This document shows, in pieces, positions 9,929 to 20,019 of a stretch of 64,000 nt of DNA (positions within the stretch are counted from its first letter, which is position 1; each line of letters begins with the position of its first letter). The position numbers were made by a program, and so were the translations under genes. The notes beneath the pieces are model-generated. The model was not told the origin of the DNA and did no database searches. It worked only from the letters and a program-made list of their open reading frames with translations. Origin of the DNA: a virus (taxonomy: Duplodnaviria; Caudoviricetes); IMG/VR virus record IMGVR_UViG_3300046678_000067, positions 32,001 to 96,000 of that record. The stretch is one strand, 5' to 3'.

Positions 9929-10210
9929 TTACTTCCTTGCATCGTGTAGGATAAACCAGGGCATATCATCAATCCATACATTGACATTGATGTTTTGCTC
10001 GAACATGAAGTCGTGTTTATTACGACGTTCGGTGAAGAAGATACCGTCAACTTTATCTTTCAAAAGTTTGATGACGTCGGCTCCTTCCTTTTTATATCGC
10101 ATCGTGATGCAATAAACTGTATGACCGCGTTTACGTGCAGCCGCAACAAAAGCATCCCATAGGTCAGGATCACGAGTGTATGTATCATCAAAATCTAAGG
10201 AAAGTACCAT
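9929..10210 (-). CDS. Small HAD-like protein
   Basis: LDFDDTYT, CITMR, WIDD motifs. Confidence 0.65.
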   Translation of the reverse strand: MVLSLDFDDTYTRDPDLWDAFVAAARKRGHTVYCITMRYKKEGADVIKLLKDKVDGIFFTERRNKHDFMFEQNINVNVWIDDMPWFILHDARK

Positions 10211-10248
10211 TTTCTTCACTCCATAACTATATTCATTACAATCGTTCA

Positions 10249-10458
10249 TTATGGACGTTCCTGCCATTGCTTGAAGAAAATAGCCATCTCAACCTTAGCT
10301 TTCTCAGTAGCTTCGACATTCTCTTTGGACATCGGTAGTCCCGCCTTGGCCATACTACAAGGACAAAGCGGTTCTCCGCATTGAGGTCCCATGCAAGCAC
10401 AACACATCATTCTAGTGCCAGGCTTTGCATAAAACTGATCTGATTTGTTATACGTCAA
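10249..10458 (-). CDS. Small Cys-rich hypothetical protein
   Basis: CCACMGPQCGEPLCPC. Confidence 0.55.
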   Translation of the reverse strand: MTYNKSDQFYAKPGTRMMCCACMGPQCGEPLCPCSMAKAGLPMSKENVEATEKAKVEMAIFFKQWQERP

Positions 10459-10702
10459 TCGTACTTGTCCTTCCAGCGGTTTTCTTGATCTCTCTCAGAC
10501 GGTCCTTAAACACATCTGGAACGCCCTTACGGAAATCGCCAACTCCGGCAACAATGCGGCAGGTTGATACTAGACGTTCGATGCCCATAGCCGATTTACA
10601 CGAAGGACACGGAGCGTTCACCGGAGCATCGCGATCATTGATCTTAAGCACGTCACTAAACTCGTGCTCGCAATGCTTACATTTATATTCATACAACGGC
10701 AT
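10448..10702 (-). CDS. FmdB-family zinc-ribbon protein
   Basis: MPLYEYKCKHCEHEF..PCPSC. Confidence 0.85.
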   Translation of the reverse strand: MPLYEYKCKHCEHEFSDVLKINDRDAPVNAPCPSCKSAMGIERLVSTCRIVAGVGDFRKGVPDVFKDRLREIKKTAGRTSTIDV

Positions 10703-10704
10703 AC

Positions 10705-10929
10705 TTAATCCAAATAGTGAGTTTGATGTTGAAACAATTCTCCTACGCACTGGAGATTGTGCTTACCTGCCAACTCCACAGCATAAGCAATGGCTTCGTC
10801 CTTATCTTCATAAGGCCATTGCTTACGGGAAGCAATACAATAATCGCTGAACTCATAATCCCAAGCCAGAGCCATATCCAGCTTGGTCTTATCAGATCGC
10901 GGAAATACTACGATCCATACTTGACTCAT
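10705..10929 (-). CDS. Hypothetical protein
   Basis: 74-aa ORF in packed operon. Confidence 0.6.
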   Translation of the reverse strand: MSQVWIVVFPRSDKTKLDMALAWDYEFSDYCIASRKQWPYEDKDEAIAYAVELAGKHNLQCVGELFQHQTHYLD

Positions 10930-11858
10930 TGATTGAATACCTTATCAACCAGTTGAACGATATACAGCGAGTCAATTTTGATTTCAGGGTTTTCTTCCCG
11001 AGCATTGGCCATAGTGATCAACAAATGATTCATATAGGCCTGATCACATCCGGTCAACTGGTCTTTAACAACCGCAGGATCATTGAGGTCCAGATCGTTG
11101 ACTTGCCATGCCATCTTCAGAATCTCCCCTGCCGAAATGCGCCAGCCGCGCTCAATAAACTTGCGCATACGGAATAGGCTACAAATCGGATACAGCGAAC
11201 CCGTATAATTCAGGGTCTTGCTGAGGATGGATTCAAGCGCGGCTGCATTCAGTTGCAGAGTATCGGTTGCATACTCGTAAACATTCTTGCAATGCTCGAA
11301 GTCGTAATTCTTGTGGATCTCATCAGAGTTACCATAGAAGCGAATTACCAGTTGAATCTTATCCGTCAAGGTAATTGCATTAGCGCTGAGGAATACCGGG
11401 CGATAACGTTCTTTCTTTGCTTCTTCGCTTTGTTGGGGTTTAAGAATGTGATCAGCGATTTGATCTGCGCCGCCTTCTCCCAAACCTTCTTCATATGCGA
11501 ATTCAGGAGTATCTTCGGCGTCGTCGGCTTGAGCTACTCCGTGACTTTGGACGTGAATCTGTACTCGACCATCTTCATCAACCTTTACAACTGGCTGCAT
11601 TCCGTAATCGGCGTTCAGACGCGTAAATGTCTTACAGTAATAATTGGCAATCGCTTCGGTAGTTTCCTTAGTCTTAAAGTAGATGTCGAAATCCTTGATC
11701 TCATCACCCATCAACATTGAGACAATAGAACCGCCCGTTACAATAACATCGCGGCGCAGAAGTCGTTGAACATCTGTATCGTCAACCGATTTAATCCAAT
11801 CACCAATCTTATTCTTCAGAATCTTGCGAATCGACTTACTCTTAAAACCGTGTTCCAT
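10926..11858 (-). CDS. Nucleotidyltransferase-fold protein
   Basis: VTGGSIVSML..IKDFDIYF (GG..DxD) signature, later YDF; start at MEHGF. Confidence 0.6.
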   Translation of the reverse strand: MEHGFKSKSIRKILKNKIGDWIKSVDDTDVQRLLRRDVIVTGGSIVSMLMGDEIKDFDIYFKTKETTEAIANYYCKTFTRLNADYGMQPVVKVDEDGRVQIHVQSHGVAQADDAEDTPEFAYEEGLGEGGADQIADHILKPQQSEEAKKERYRPVFLSANAITLTDKIQLVIRFYGNSDEIHKNYDFEHCKNVYEYATDTLQLNAAALESILSKTLNYTGSLYPICSLFRMRKFIERGWRISAGEILKMAWQVNDLDLNDPAVVKDQLTGCDQAYMNHLLITMANAREENPEIKIDSLYIVQLVDKVFNQ

Positions 11859-11894
11859 TAACACTCCATAGTTAGATGTCTTACAACAGAATCT

Positions 11895-11923
11895 ATTATA
11901 CTATGGAATGTATGGAAAGTAAA
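11895..11923 (-). promoter_or_regulatory. sigma70-type early promoter
   Basis: TTTACT-N17-TATAAT on minus strand; same layout at 20745 and 25854 on plus. Confidence 0.75.
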
Positions 11924-11937
11924 GATATAAAACTGTA

Positions 11938-12426
11938 TTACATATCAGTACGCTTCGGCTTATAGAAATTATGATCACCGATTCTTGTCACTAACCGGAA
12001 ACCTCTGAGCCATTCTCTATTTGTATAAGTCTTTGGATTAACGAAGTATAGAGCACCGTGAGTTGGATCAGCCTTGGAACCTTCCCAAGCCGCCATTGAA
12101 GCCCTAATTGAATCCTCCATTTGTTTCTTTACGCCTGGAACATTTTCTTTAATCCAGACTGGTTTGAAAGTGAATTGACCTTTTTGTTTTACTACCGCAC
12201 ATACATCGTCGGGAAAATTGCTGCTCTTTGTACGGTTGATAATCACATACGCTACAGCGATCTTTCCTTCCATCGGTTGGTTGGATGCTTCAGCGTGAAC
12301 GGCTTGTGAAAGACAAGCCACTTCTTTGAGATTATCTATATTGTCTATGTTAATGGCCGGTTGAGACGCACCAAAATTAAACGCCATGAACATAGATACT
12401 ATCATCGCCTTGAATTGGGCAAGCAT
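11938..12426 (-). CDS. SleB/Hydrolase_2 cell wall hydrolase
   Basis: CLSQAVHAEASNQPMEGKIAVAYVIINR..QKGQF..DPTHGALYF..IGDHNFY. Confidence 0.92.
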   Translation of the reverse strand: MLAQFKAMIVSMFMAFNFGASQPAINIDNIDNLKEVACLSQAVHAEASNQPMEGKIAVAYVIINRTKSSNFPDDVCAVVKQKGQFTFKPVWIKENVPGVKKQMEDSIRASMAAWEGSKADPTHGALYFVNPKTYTNREWLRGFRLVTRIGDHNFYKPKRTDM

Positions 12427-12551
12427 ATACTACTCCTTTATTAATATGATAGATTTGAATTATTTCGCTAGGTTGCCTTAGAAGTATGGATTAGGTTAAA
12501 GTTAGATTATACCCTATTAACGATGTAACGTAAAGGGCGCACAGAAAATGG

Positions 12552-12583
12552 AAAACAGAGGAAACTTTACAGTTTCCTCTGTT
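12552..12583. terminator. Terminator-like hairpin
   Basis: AAACAGAGGAAACT-TTAC-AGTTTCCTCTGTTT perfect inverted repeat. Confidence 0.65.
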
Positions 12584-12680
12584 TGGCGTTTTATATTTTT
12601 GTTATGATTCTAGCCAGCTTTGAAAAACTTCAATTTGACCCGGCGCCAGAATTCAAAATGCCGAGTCTTCAAAGCTGGCT

Positions 12681-13190
12681 TTAGGCTTTTGGGTCTTGGG
12701 GAGTATCCTCTGGAAAGGCGGCTCTGACGACTAACTCGTTGAGTTCCTTCCTATAGTATTTACCCTGAATAATTTCAGCTACTAATTTAGCGTCATCTTT
12801 GTGAAGAGCCGGCAATAGCTGATGTGCAATTCCCCGTTTAGTCCTTGGTCCAGTCGGAAACGTATCATACATACGAGTGACTTGCCTCCACATACTCTGT
12901 AGAGTCTCTGAGCTACCACCTTTAGGTACGTTAGATGGGGCCCAATCTAGGGGTCCAATAGACAACAGTTCCTTAAAAGCGTCCCGACAGAAATAGGCCA
13001 CAATCAGGAAATACTTCAATTCAGGATAGATCGCACTGTAGCGCTGAACTGCCGCTACACGATCTTCAAACTTCTCAGGCTGAACACATAGTTCAATTAG
13101 TTCGCTCAGATCCAGGTCGCGCTTTTTCAAGTTAGCGGCCTGACGATCAGTCAAATAACCTTGTGTGAAAGCTGCAGATGCGCCGCTCAT
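12681..13190 (-). CDS. Hypothetical protein
   Basis: 169-aa ORF coupled to RuvC-like gene. Confidence 0.7.
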   Translation of the reverse strand: MSGASAAFTQGYLTDRQAANLKKRDLDLSELIELCVQPEKFEDRVAAVQRYSAIYPELKYFLIVAYFCRDAFKELLSIGPLDWAPSNVPKGGSSETLQSMWRQVTRMYDTFPTGPRTKRGIAHQLLPALHKDDAKLVAEIIQGKYYRKELNELVVRAAFPEDTPQDPKA

Positions 13191-13744
13191 TATTTTACCT
13201 CTTTGAAAAAGCTGTGACAGCGAAGAACAGCGAGTGAGTCAGCAATATCGTCAATCGGCTTCGCCATTTCTTTAATTCCTAGAATCTCGTGTAGCTTGAC
13301 ACCCATTAGATGGTGAAAGGTATCTACCATCACATCTTTCTTAGCGTTTCCCTTACCAGTGAAATTCTTCTTAACTTGTGAAGGTGGAGGGGTAGTGAAA
13401 GCGATACCATGTAAGTCCATATATTGCTTCAATAGACTTGCATTCTCCGCGATCTGGAATACCAATCCAGAACTCGACCCCAAAGCATATCCTTCAATGC
13501 ATGCTTCTTGAACATGAAATACTTCCAAGATACCACTTGCCCAATCGCAGATATTACGGAACCTTTCTTCAGTAGTTTCATATTCTTTGAATAGATCAAT
13601 GGTGATATTTTGGTAATGCCCAGCTCGACTTTTAGTGCCATTCATATTATAGAACAGCAAGTTATCAAACTTAAATTCTCTTTCTGTATTATACACGCAA
13701 ATAGCGGGACTGGTGTATGAATAGTCGATTCCTGCGATGATCAT
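13190..13744 (-). CDS. RuvC-like resolvase/endonuclease
   Basis: IAGIDYS, IEGYA, PSQVKKNFTGKGNAKKD, DDIADS. Confidence 0.85.
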   Translation of the reverse strand: MIIAGIDYSYTSPAICVYNTEREFKFDNLLFYNMNGTKSRAGHYQNITIDLFKEYETTEERFRNICDWASGILEVFHVQEACIEGYALGSSSGLVFQIAENASLLKQYMDLHGIAFTTPPPSQVKKNFTGKGNAKKDVMVDTFHHLMGVKLHEILGIKEMAKPIDDIADSLAVLRCHSFFKEVK

Positions 13745-13768
13745 AAATTCTCCTTGTATAAGAAGAAC

Positions 13769-13912
13769 TTAGTCTTGCGAATCCTCAGACGATTCAGAGC
13801 CGCAGAAAGGACAAATATTTGGAACTTTTACTTCTTCTGGGTCAACCAGGATAATTGCAACCTTACCACAATCTTCATTATGGCAGGTCATTTCAAATTT
13901 CAGTAGACTCAC
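13769..13912 (-). CDS. 47-aa zinc-ribbon protein (below ORF-track cutoff)
   Basis: GTG start overlapping glutaredoxin stop; ..MTCHNEDCGK..NICPFCGSE. Confidence 0.65.
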   Translation of the reverse strand: MSLLKFEMTCHNEDCGKVAIILVDPEEVKVPNICPFCGSESSEDSQD

Positions 13913-14154
13913 AGCTTTCCCGTTAGCACAGCAACCCGTGCTTCATTAAAGCCGCCAACGAACGTGGAGCCGTTGAATAGCATAGGGAATGAACGGGGTT
14001 GTGGTAGGCCTGCCTGCTCAAATACCGCAGCCAAATCCTCACGAGTATAATCCGTGTCCAACTTCTTTACTTCAAAGGTCTTACCCTTGATCTTCAGCAG
14101 GTTCTCTAGCTGAAGGCATTGCGCGCAAGCGTCTTTCGAATAAACGGTCAGCAT
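13909..14154 (-). CDS. nrdC: Glutaredoxin
   Basis: VYSKDACAQC, RSFPMLF..VGGF. Confidence 0.88.
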   Translation of the reverse strand: MLTVYSKDACAQCLQLENLLKIKGKTFEVKKLDTDYTREDLAAVFEQAGLPQPRSFPMLFNGSTFVGGFNEARVAVLTGKL

Positions 14155-14165
14155 ATCTCTAATCC

Positions 14166-14648
14166 TTATTGGGCAATGATGATCTTCTTTTCTTCTGGAG
14201 AAATGAAATCTCCCATAACATCAACAAAGCTAGTCTTACGTTCAGACTGACGACGTTGTAGGATATCCTGGGCAAACATAAGAATGTTATCTTCTTTCTT
14301 ATTGTATGCATCGGCACCTAGGATAAGAGCGCCAGTATCACCATCCACCGCGAACGGACCATCAAATACAATATCCAATTCGCTGCTGAAAGCATTGAAC
14401 ATATAGATAAGATTCGGCGCGTCAGCATTCACGTGCACAAGAGCGCGAATCGGAGCATCACCATCGACTAGGAAAATGAACGAGGGGAAAGGCCCATAAA
14501 CAATACGACCACTACCAGTAGGACTATCGCCAACTTGCAGTTCGGTATTCGGGTCAATCTTTGCGAAAATTTCTTTCAGAGCCTTTACTTTATTTGTCAT
14601 CGTATTTACAGTTAGTTTCAAAATAGGGAGAGAATAAATCTCTCCCAT
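14166..14648 (-). CDS. Hypothetical protein
   Basis: ORF between nrdA and glutaredoxin; true start may be MTNKVK. Confidence 0.65.
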   Translation of the reverse strand: MGEIYSLPILKLTVNTMTNKVKALKEIFAKIDPNTELQVGDSPTGSGRIVYGPFPSFIFLVDGDAPIRALVHVNADAPNLIYMFNAFSSELDIVFDGPFAVDGDTGALILGADAYNKKEDNILMFAQDILQRRQSERKTSFVDVMGDFISPEEKKIIIAQ

Positions 14649-14663
14649 CGTACTATGATTTAG

Positions 14664-16349
14664 TTACATGCAGGCGATACATTCGCCGCGCGATGCAACG
14701 ATACCAGCTTTGCTATAGTTATAGTATAGGCTAGTAATGAACGGGTCTTTGAATGCAATCTCGTGAATCTCTGAGATATACGCTTCATCTTCATCAGCAT
14801 CGAAGAATAGGTTCACAGACTGGCCTTGATCGACGTACATCTGACGAGCCGAAGCCATCGAGATAATCGCACGCTGATTAATTTCAAACGCCGTCTTAAA
14901 CACTTCCTTCTCGTGATCCGTCAGCCATTCAACCGCCTGTACCGATCCTTGAGCCTTAGCTAGTTCCAACATATGCTCATCATCATACACACCGCGATCT
15001 TTCATCAAGGCTAGTAGGATAGGATTAGCACGATCAACTTCACCAGCAGCTGTCAACTGAGTAAACGTCATCGCCGGATCAGGATTGATACCTTCAGAGA
15101 TACCACCCATAATCAGCGCTGTCGATTTAGTCGGAGCAATAGCCATCAAGTGAGTATTGCGAACACCCAGACCCTTACACCATTCCGGTTCTCCGAATTC
15201 CTTAGCCAAATCGCGCGAAGCCTTATCAGCTTGACCACGAATGTGACCGAACAACTCATCATTGAATTGAATCGCTTCGAAGCTATCGAACGGAATACTA
15301 TGCGACTGTAGGTAAGTGTGGAATCCCGCAACTCCCAAACCTAGAGCACGACCCTTCTCGGTAAATCGTACCGCATTTTCCAGACCGCGAACACCGCGAG
15401 CTTTCTGAAGGAATTCTTCACAGACGCAATCTAGGAATACTGTTGCCGTATGAGCAGCATCTGTATCTTTCCATTCGTCATACTTAGCCGCGTTCATCGA
15501 ACTCAAAACGCAGGTGAAGGTATGATCAGCGTCGCTGAATAGCGCAATCTCAGAACATAGGTTACTAGCCTTAACAAACAGACCATGCGTTACATATGCA
15601 ATCGGACGTAGACGGTTGACTTTGTCCGGGAAGAAGAAATAACCCTTGCCGGTAATCATCTTCAGGACCATCATCGTCTGATAACGGTCTAGGAAGTCTA
15701 GATCACCGTTGTCAAGCGCTTCGATAAAAGCATCGGTAATACACCAGCCAATATTAGCGTCATCAGGATTATTTTTAATGAATGCTGCCAATTCATAAAA
15801 ATCGCCGTGTTCCGGTTCAATATATCCAGCCCAAGCGCCGCGACGGGCAGTACCCTGAGCCACGTCTCGCATCGCTTGTACAAAGTCTTTATAGACTGGA
15901 AGAACGCCACTAGCCTTACCGCCACGAGAGATTTTAGAACCACGGGGACGAATATCTCCAAGATAACCAGAAGTGCCGAAACCCTCTTGAGTCAGTACGC
16001 ATGTTTCCAATTCCGAGGCTTTAAACCCGTAGATCGAATCATCAACGTATTGTCCTGAGCAAGAAACTGGCATACCACGGTTAGTGCCCATATTCGCTAG
16101 AACTGGAGTTGACGGACTGAGCCATCCCTTCCATAGAAGGTTGAAGAACTTACGTTCCCAACGAATCGGGTTGTTTGTATGTTTAGCTGCCGTGCGAGCG
16201 ATACGCTCATATTGATGTCTAGGAGTCGGAGCGTCATATTGATAACGATCCTTAAACATCTGATATCCACCGGTAGTGTACCAATCCGGTAGAAGTCCTT
16301 CAACTTGTAACTTTTTGCGCTCTGCGCTCAATTCTTCATAAATGCTCAT
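14664..16349 (-). CDS. nrdA: Class I ribonucleotide reductase alpha subunit (short, no ATP cone)
   Basis: SPSTPVLAN, PVSC, RRGAWAGY, SNLCSEI, AIAPTKST, C-terminal CIAC. Confidence 0.95.
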   Translation of the reverse strand: MSIYEELSAERKKLQVEGLLPDWYTTGGYQMFKDRYQYDAPTPRHQYERIARTAAKHTNNPIRWERKFFNLLWKGWLSPSTPVLANMGTNRGMPVSCSGQYVDDSIYGFKASELETCVLTQEGFGTSGYLGDIRPRGSKISRGGKASGVLPVYKDFVQAMRDVAQGTARRGAWAGYIEPEHGDFYELAAFIKNNPDDANIGWCITDAFIEALDNGDLDFLDRYQTMMVLKMITGKGYFFFPDKVNRLRPIAYVTHGLFVKASNLCSEIALFSDADHTFTCVLSSMNAAKYDEWKDTDAAHTATVFLDCVCEEFLQKARGVRGLENAVRFTEKGRALGLGVAGFHTYLQSHSIPFDSFEAIQFNDELFGHIRGQADKASRDLAKEFGEPEWCKGLGVRNTHLMAIAPTKSTALIMGGISEGINPDPAMTFTQLTAAGEVDRANPILLALMKDRGVYDDEHMLELAKAQGSVQAVEWLTDHEKEVFKTAFEINQRAIISMASARQMYVDQGQSVNLFFDADEDEAYISEIHEIAFKDPFITSLYYNYSKAGIVASRGECIACM

Positions 16350-17347
16350 AGCGCTTTACCTTTCCAAATAAATCCAGCCTTTTCCCAATCTCTATTATAC
16401 TGATTACCCACTCCGCTGAAGAAGTCGTTAAATTGGAAATCGTTAATACCCTTGTAGAACCATTCTTCGATGGTGTTCTCAGTTTCTTCTGCTGTAAAGA
16501 TCGGTTCAATATCTAGATTCGAGAGACAGAAATTAATACGATGCTTTACGAAAGCCTTCAAGTCATCAGCCGTAATACCGGCAATCTCACCCTTTTCGAA
16601 AATCATATCAACGATACGACTCTCATGCTCAAATACGGTTTTGGCGACTTCCTTAATACGCTTGATCAGTTTCTTTAACTGAGCGGCAGTAAGTTTGAAT
16701 TCATCGCGTACCTTCTTGAACAACCACGCGCCTGCTTCGGAGTGTAGATTCTCGTCACGTACTGAGAAGTTGATTCCTCGAACAAGGTTCATCAACTTAT
16801 TCTTACCGTTACTTTGGAAGTGCTTCAGGAATGCAAACGAGGAATAAAGAACTGCGCCTTCAATCATTGTAAAGGCAGCTAGGGAGACTAGCTCATCTTC
16901 ATCTTCGAGCATAGCCCCAATGAACTTCATACGATCATTGAGAACAGGATCATTGACATACGAGGTATAGAATTCGTCAGTTGCGATACCTAGCTCTTCA
17001 TTCAGCTTGGCATAGAACGGCGCGTGTACGTTTAGTTCGAAGAAAGCGAAGGCACTAGCCATACGTACAATCTCAGGACGCGGATAACGCTTCTTGACGA
17101 CCTCACCCCAATACTCTTCACCTACGAACAACTCATATCGAGTGAACAGCTTAGAAACAGAAATGACCCCATGAGATTCCGATGGGGCCATATTTACTAG
17201 CAGGTCTTGCTTATCTTTCTCTACCTTTACTTCATCGTGGAGCCAAAATACGCTGTTTTGTTTTGCGGCAAACTCGATTGCTTCCGGGTAATCTTTATTC
17301 GTGTAGCTTTCGGTCTGCGTTTTAATTTTAGGAATTGCTTTATTCAT
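16346..17347 (-). CDS. nrdB: Ribonucleotide reductase beta subunit
   Basis: FW, ELNVHAPFY, EGAVLYSSF, VRDENLH, DFF..NQY. Confidence 0.95.
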   Translation of the reverse strand: MNKAIPKIKTQTESYTNKDYPEAIEFAAKQNSVFWLHDEVKVEKDKQDLLVNMAPSESHGVISVSKLFTRYELFVGEEYWGEVVKKRYPRPEIVRMASAFAFFELNVHAPFYAKLNEELGIATDEFYTSYVNDPVLNDRMKFIGAMLEDEDELVSLAAFTMIEGAVLYSSFAFLKHFQSNGKNKLMNLVRGINFSVRDENLHSEAGAWLFKKVRDEFKLTAAQLKKLIKRIKEVAKTVFEHESRIVDMIFEKGEIAGITADDLKAFVKHRINFCLSNLDIEPIFTAEETENTIEEWFYKGINDFQFNDFFSGVGNQYNRDWEKAGFIWKGKAL

Positions 17348-17488
17348 TTCATCACTTTACCTTTGAAATTGGGAATTGCGGTTAGCCGAATATTTAGGTA
17401 AATGGATTCGTACGCATACTTAAAACTCTATTATATATCTTAGTATGCAGCCAGTAAATACCGCCCTAAATTATTTCATACTCTATTA

Positions 17489-18226
17489 ATGAAGGACATT
17501 ATGAACGCTCTACCGATTATCCCTAAGAAAACTTTTGAAGTGAAATCAAAGTTTCTGCCGAAGGGTAAAATCACCCTCACCCCTTTCACGGTAGGGTTAG
17601 AAGATATCCTAATCCAAGTTAAGGATGCAGAGGATGACCGCGAAAAGATGCAAGCAATTAAGCAGGTAGTCCAAGCCTGTTGCCAAACCCCAAATGTCGA
17701 TGTAGATGCTTTACCTCTATTCGTTATTGAGGAAATCTTCCTACGCCTACGTCAACACTCTGTTGGTGAAATTATCGAACAACAGTATCGTTGTGCCAAT
17801 GAGTTTGAAGATAAGGAATGTGGTAATCTATTGCCTTTGAATATCGATATCCGGGAATTCAAGATTGTTGAACCTGAAGGTCATACCAATACTATTGTCA
17901 TCTCAGACCCAATTGGTATTAAATTCCGCTATCCTAGTATCGCAGTTTTGGAAAGCGCAGATTCGGATATGTCTGATGAAATCGAAACGATTCTGAGTTG
18001 TATTGCAGCAATCTTCGATGCTGAGAATGTATACAATGCCGACGAATATACGCGTGACCAACTAAGAGAGTTTTGGAATCAACTAACTTTGATGCAGAAG
18101 AAAGACGTTTATGACCAATTCTTTTCTACGATGCCACACCTACACTACGAGCACAACTTGACCTGTAGTAAGTGCGGGCACGTTCATGAGATTGAGTTTG
18201 ATTCAGTTAAGGAAGTTTTTCAATAA
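17489..18226 (+). CDS. 26: Baseplate hub / tail assembly protein (gp26-like)
   Basis: PFTVGLEDIL, IFLRLRQHSVGE, IKFRYPS, FFSTMP, C-terminal CSKCG. Confidence 0.82.
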   Translation: MKDIMNALPIIPKKTFEVKSKFLPKGKITLTPFTVGLEDILIQVKDAEDDREKMQAIKQVVQACCQTPNVDVDALPLFVIEEIFLRLRQHSVGEIIEQQYRCANEFEDKECGNLLPLNIDIREFKIVEPEGHTNTIVISDPIGIKFRYPSIAVLESADSDMSDEIETILSCIAAIFDAENVYNADEYTRDQLREFWNQLTLMQKKDVYDQFFSTMPHLHYEHNLTCSKCGHVHEIEFDSVKEVFQ

Positions 18227-18420
18227 TTATTGGCGGGACGTTGATTGACCGACTTGAGGTACAACACGTTCTAGTTCGCGACCATAATATGAATCTTGCT
18301 GAAATCATGAACATGACTCCTTGGCAGCTAGATGTGAAGTTACTATTCATTCAACGCGATCTAGACGATCAAGCCGAGAGACTCAAGAAACAGAAAGGGC
18401 AGTTAGATTTGGGTCTGTGA
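18217..18420 (+). CDS. gp51-like small baseplate assembly ORF in -1 frame relative to gp26
   Basis: Manual translation FSIIIGGTLIDRLEVQHVLVRDHNMNLAEIMNMTPWQLDVKLLFIQRDL..; start uncertain (TTG 18241 or frameshift). Confidence 0.7.
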   Translation, partial: FSIIIGGTLIDRLEVQHVLVRDHNMNLAEIMNMTPWQLDVKLLFIQRDLDDQAERLKKQKGQLDLGL

Positions 18421-18470
18421 TTCTATACTATCAAAGAAAAAGGGAGAACCATAAAATGGTTCTCCCTTTC

Positions 18471-19982
18471 TTATTTTATTGCCTCTGTATGTAACTTCAT
18501 TGCGATCTTTTTAAACTCTACAGGGAATTCATCATTCTTGTAGATATCGTGTCTTTCGAAAGCATGCTTCAAGGTGAAGTTAGGTTTTCCATCATACAAG
18601 AAGTTATCAATTAGATCATACACATGAGCACTGGCCTTATCGTTGTGTAGACGTAGAATACGACCAACTGCCTGTAGGGTTCTAATGATAGCCTTCGTAG
18701 GATGAGCGAAGATGAGATTTCTTAGCTTCTTAATAGATAGACCAGTCGAAACGCATCCTGCCGTTCCTAGCACGATTACACCATCTTCCCGCTCAGCGAT
18801 AGCCTTAATAGCCGCTCGCTCATCGCGATCAACAGCGCCGGTAATAACATACACCGACTTCCCGTGATTCATCTTATCAAGAATAGCCTTAACATTCTCA
18901 ATATGCTCAAGTCGGTCGAACATCATCAAGGTATTACCCTTAACCGAAGAAGCCAGAGAAGCAAGAATCTGATTCCGATAGGCGTGGCCTATTAGGAACT
19001 CAATCTCCTTCTGATAATTACAACCAGCTACATACTCACATTCTTCTTGCTTGTAATCTAGCTGGAACATCTTAATATCAACTTCAGTCGCTCGACCGGC
19101 ATCAATCAGTTGCTTAGTTGTAACTACTCGCTTCACTGGTCCGAACAAGCTCATGACCAAGATGGGATGAATCTTCTCAGCCTTAAGCGTACCTGTCATA
19201 CCAATCCGTTGGTAGGCGTTGGTAGCGTTGTTCATAATGTTGGTGATCGACTTTCCGCTGGCTAGGTGGGTCTCATCGTTGATGATACGACCGAACTGCT
19301 TGAAGTATTCCTCATCTTCTTCATAGATAGATTGCCAAGTTGAGATATACACCATCTTATTGGAGTTCTTAGGACGACCCTCCATAATACAATGACACAT
19401 CTCATTAACCTTCCAACCATTGTGACTAGAATAGTCTTGGAAGTCGGAATACATCTGATCTACTAGCATTTGAGACGGCACTAGAATCAAAATCTTCTTT
19501 CCGTCATCATTACTGAGCATTTCATAGTACCGGGTCAACATGTAAGCAATTAGGGACTTACCTGCTGACGTTGCTGCTAGAATAACCATCCGATTAAACT
19601 TGACGCCTAGATACAACGACTCCATCTGATAATCGTATGGGTCGATCGGCATACCGCCAGTATGTAGGTCCAGACTTTTGACCCACTCGGTCAACTCTGG
19701 TCTAGTGACCTTAGAAATATCATTCTTGAAAGCTGTGTCTAGCTCGAATTTCCAACCGTTGGTTTTAGCCAGTTCGATGAGCATCTGAAGGCAACCATAT
19801 GGCAGTAGGTTTCCGCGCCGCTTAAACAGCCGCACTTGACCATTCCACTTGGTCCACTTATTCTTCACGAAGCCCGGTTCATGATATGAGAAGTGGTCTT
19901 CAATGTCCTTGCGGATACCATCATCCTCTGTGTAAATTCTAATGAACGAAGCATTTGCACGTTCGATGACTATATCCGCCAT
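18471..19982 (-). CDS. uvsW: UvsW DNA helicase
   Basis: PYDYQ, ATSAGKS, STWQS, DETH, GMTGT, LQAVGRILR. Confidence 0.95.
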   Translation of the reverse strand: MADIVIERANASFIRIYTEDDGIRKDIEDHFSYHEPGFVKNKWTKWNGQVRLFKRRGNLLPYGCLQMLIELAKTNGWKFELDTAFKNDISKVTRPELTEWVKSLDLHTGGMPIDPYDYQMESLYLGVKFNRMVILAATSAGKSLIAYMLTRYYEMLSNDDGKKILILVPSQMLVDQMYSDFQDYSSHNGWKVNEMCHCIMEGRPKNSNKMVYISTWQSIYEEDEEYFKQFGRIINDETHLASGKSITNIMNNATNAYQRIGMTGTLKAEKIHPILVMSLFGPVKRVVTTKQLIDAGRATEVDIKMFQLDYKQEECEYVAGCNYQKEIEFLIGHAYRNQILASLASSVKGNTLMMFDRLEHIENVKAILDKMNHGKSVYVITGAVDRDERAAIKAIAEREDGVIVLGTAGCVSTGLSIKKLRNLIFAHPTKAIIRTLQAVGRILRLHNDKASAHVYDLIDNFLYDGKPNFTLKHAFERHDIYKNDEFPVEFKKIAMKLHTEAIK

Positions 19983-20019
19983 TATTATTCCTTATTAGTG
20001 CTTAGCAGTGATTAGAGGC

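Noticed and set aside
14664-17347. Introns, inteins or homing endonucleases in nrdAB
   Set aside because: Both ORFs are continuous and compact.
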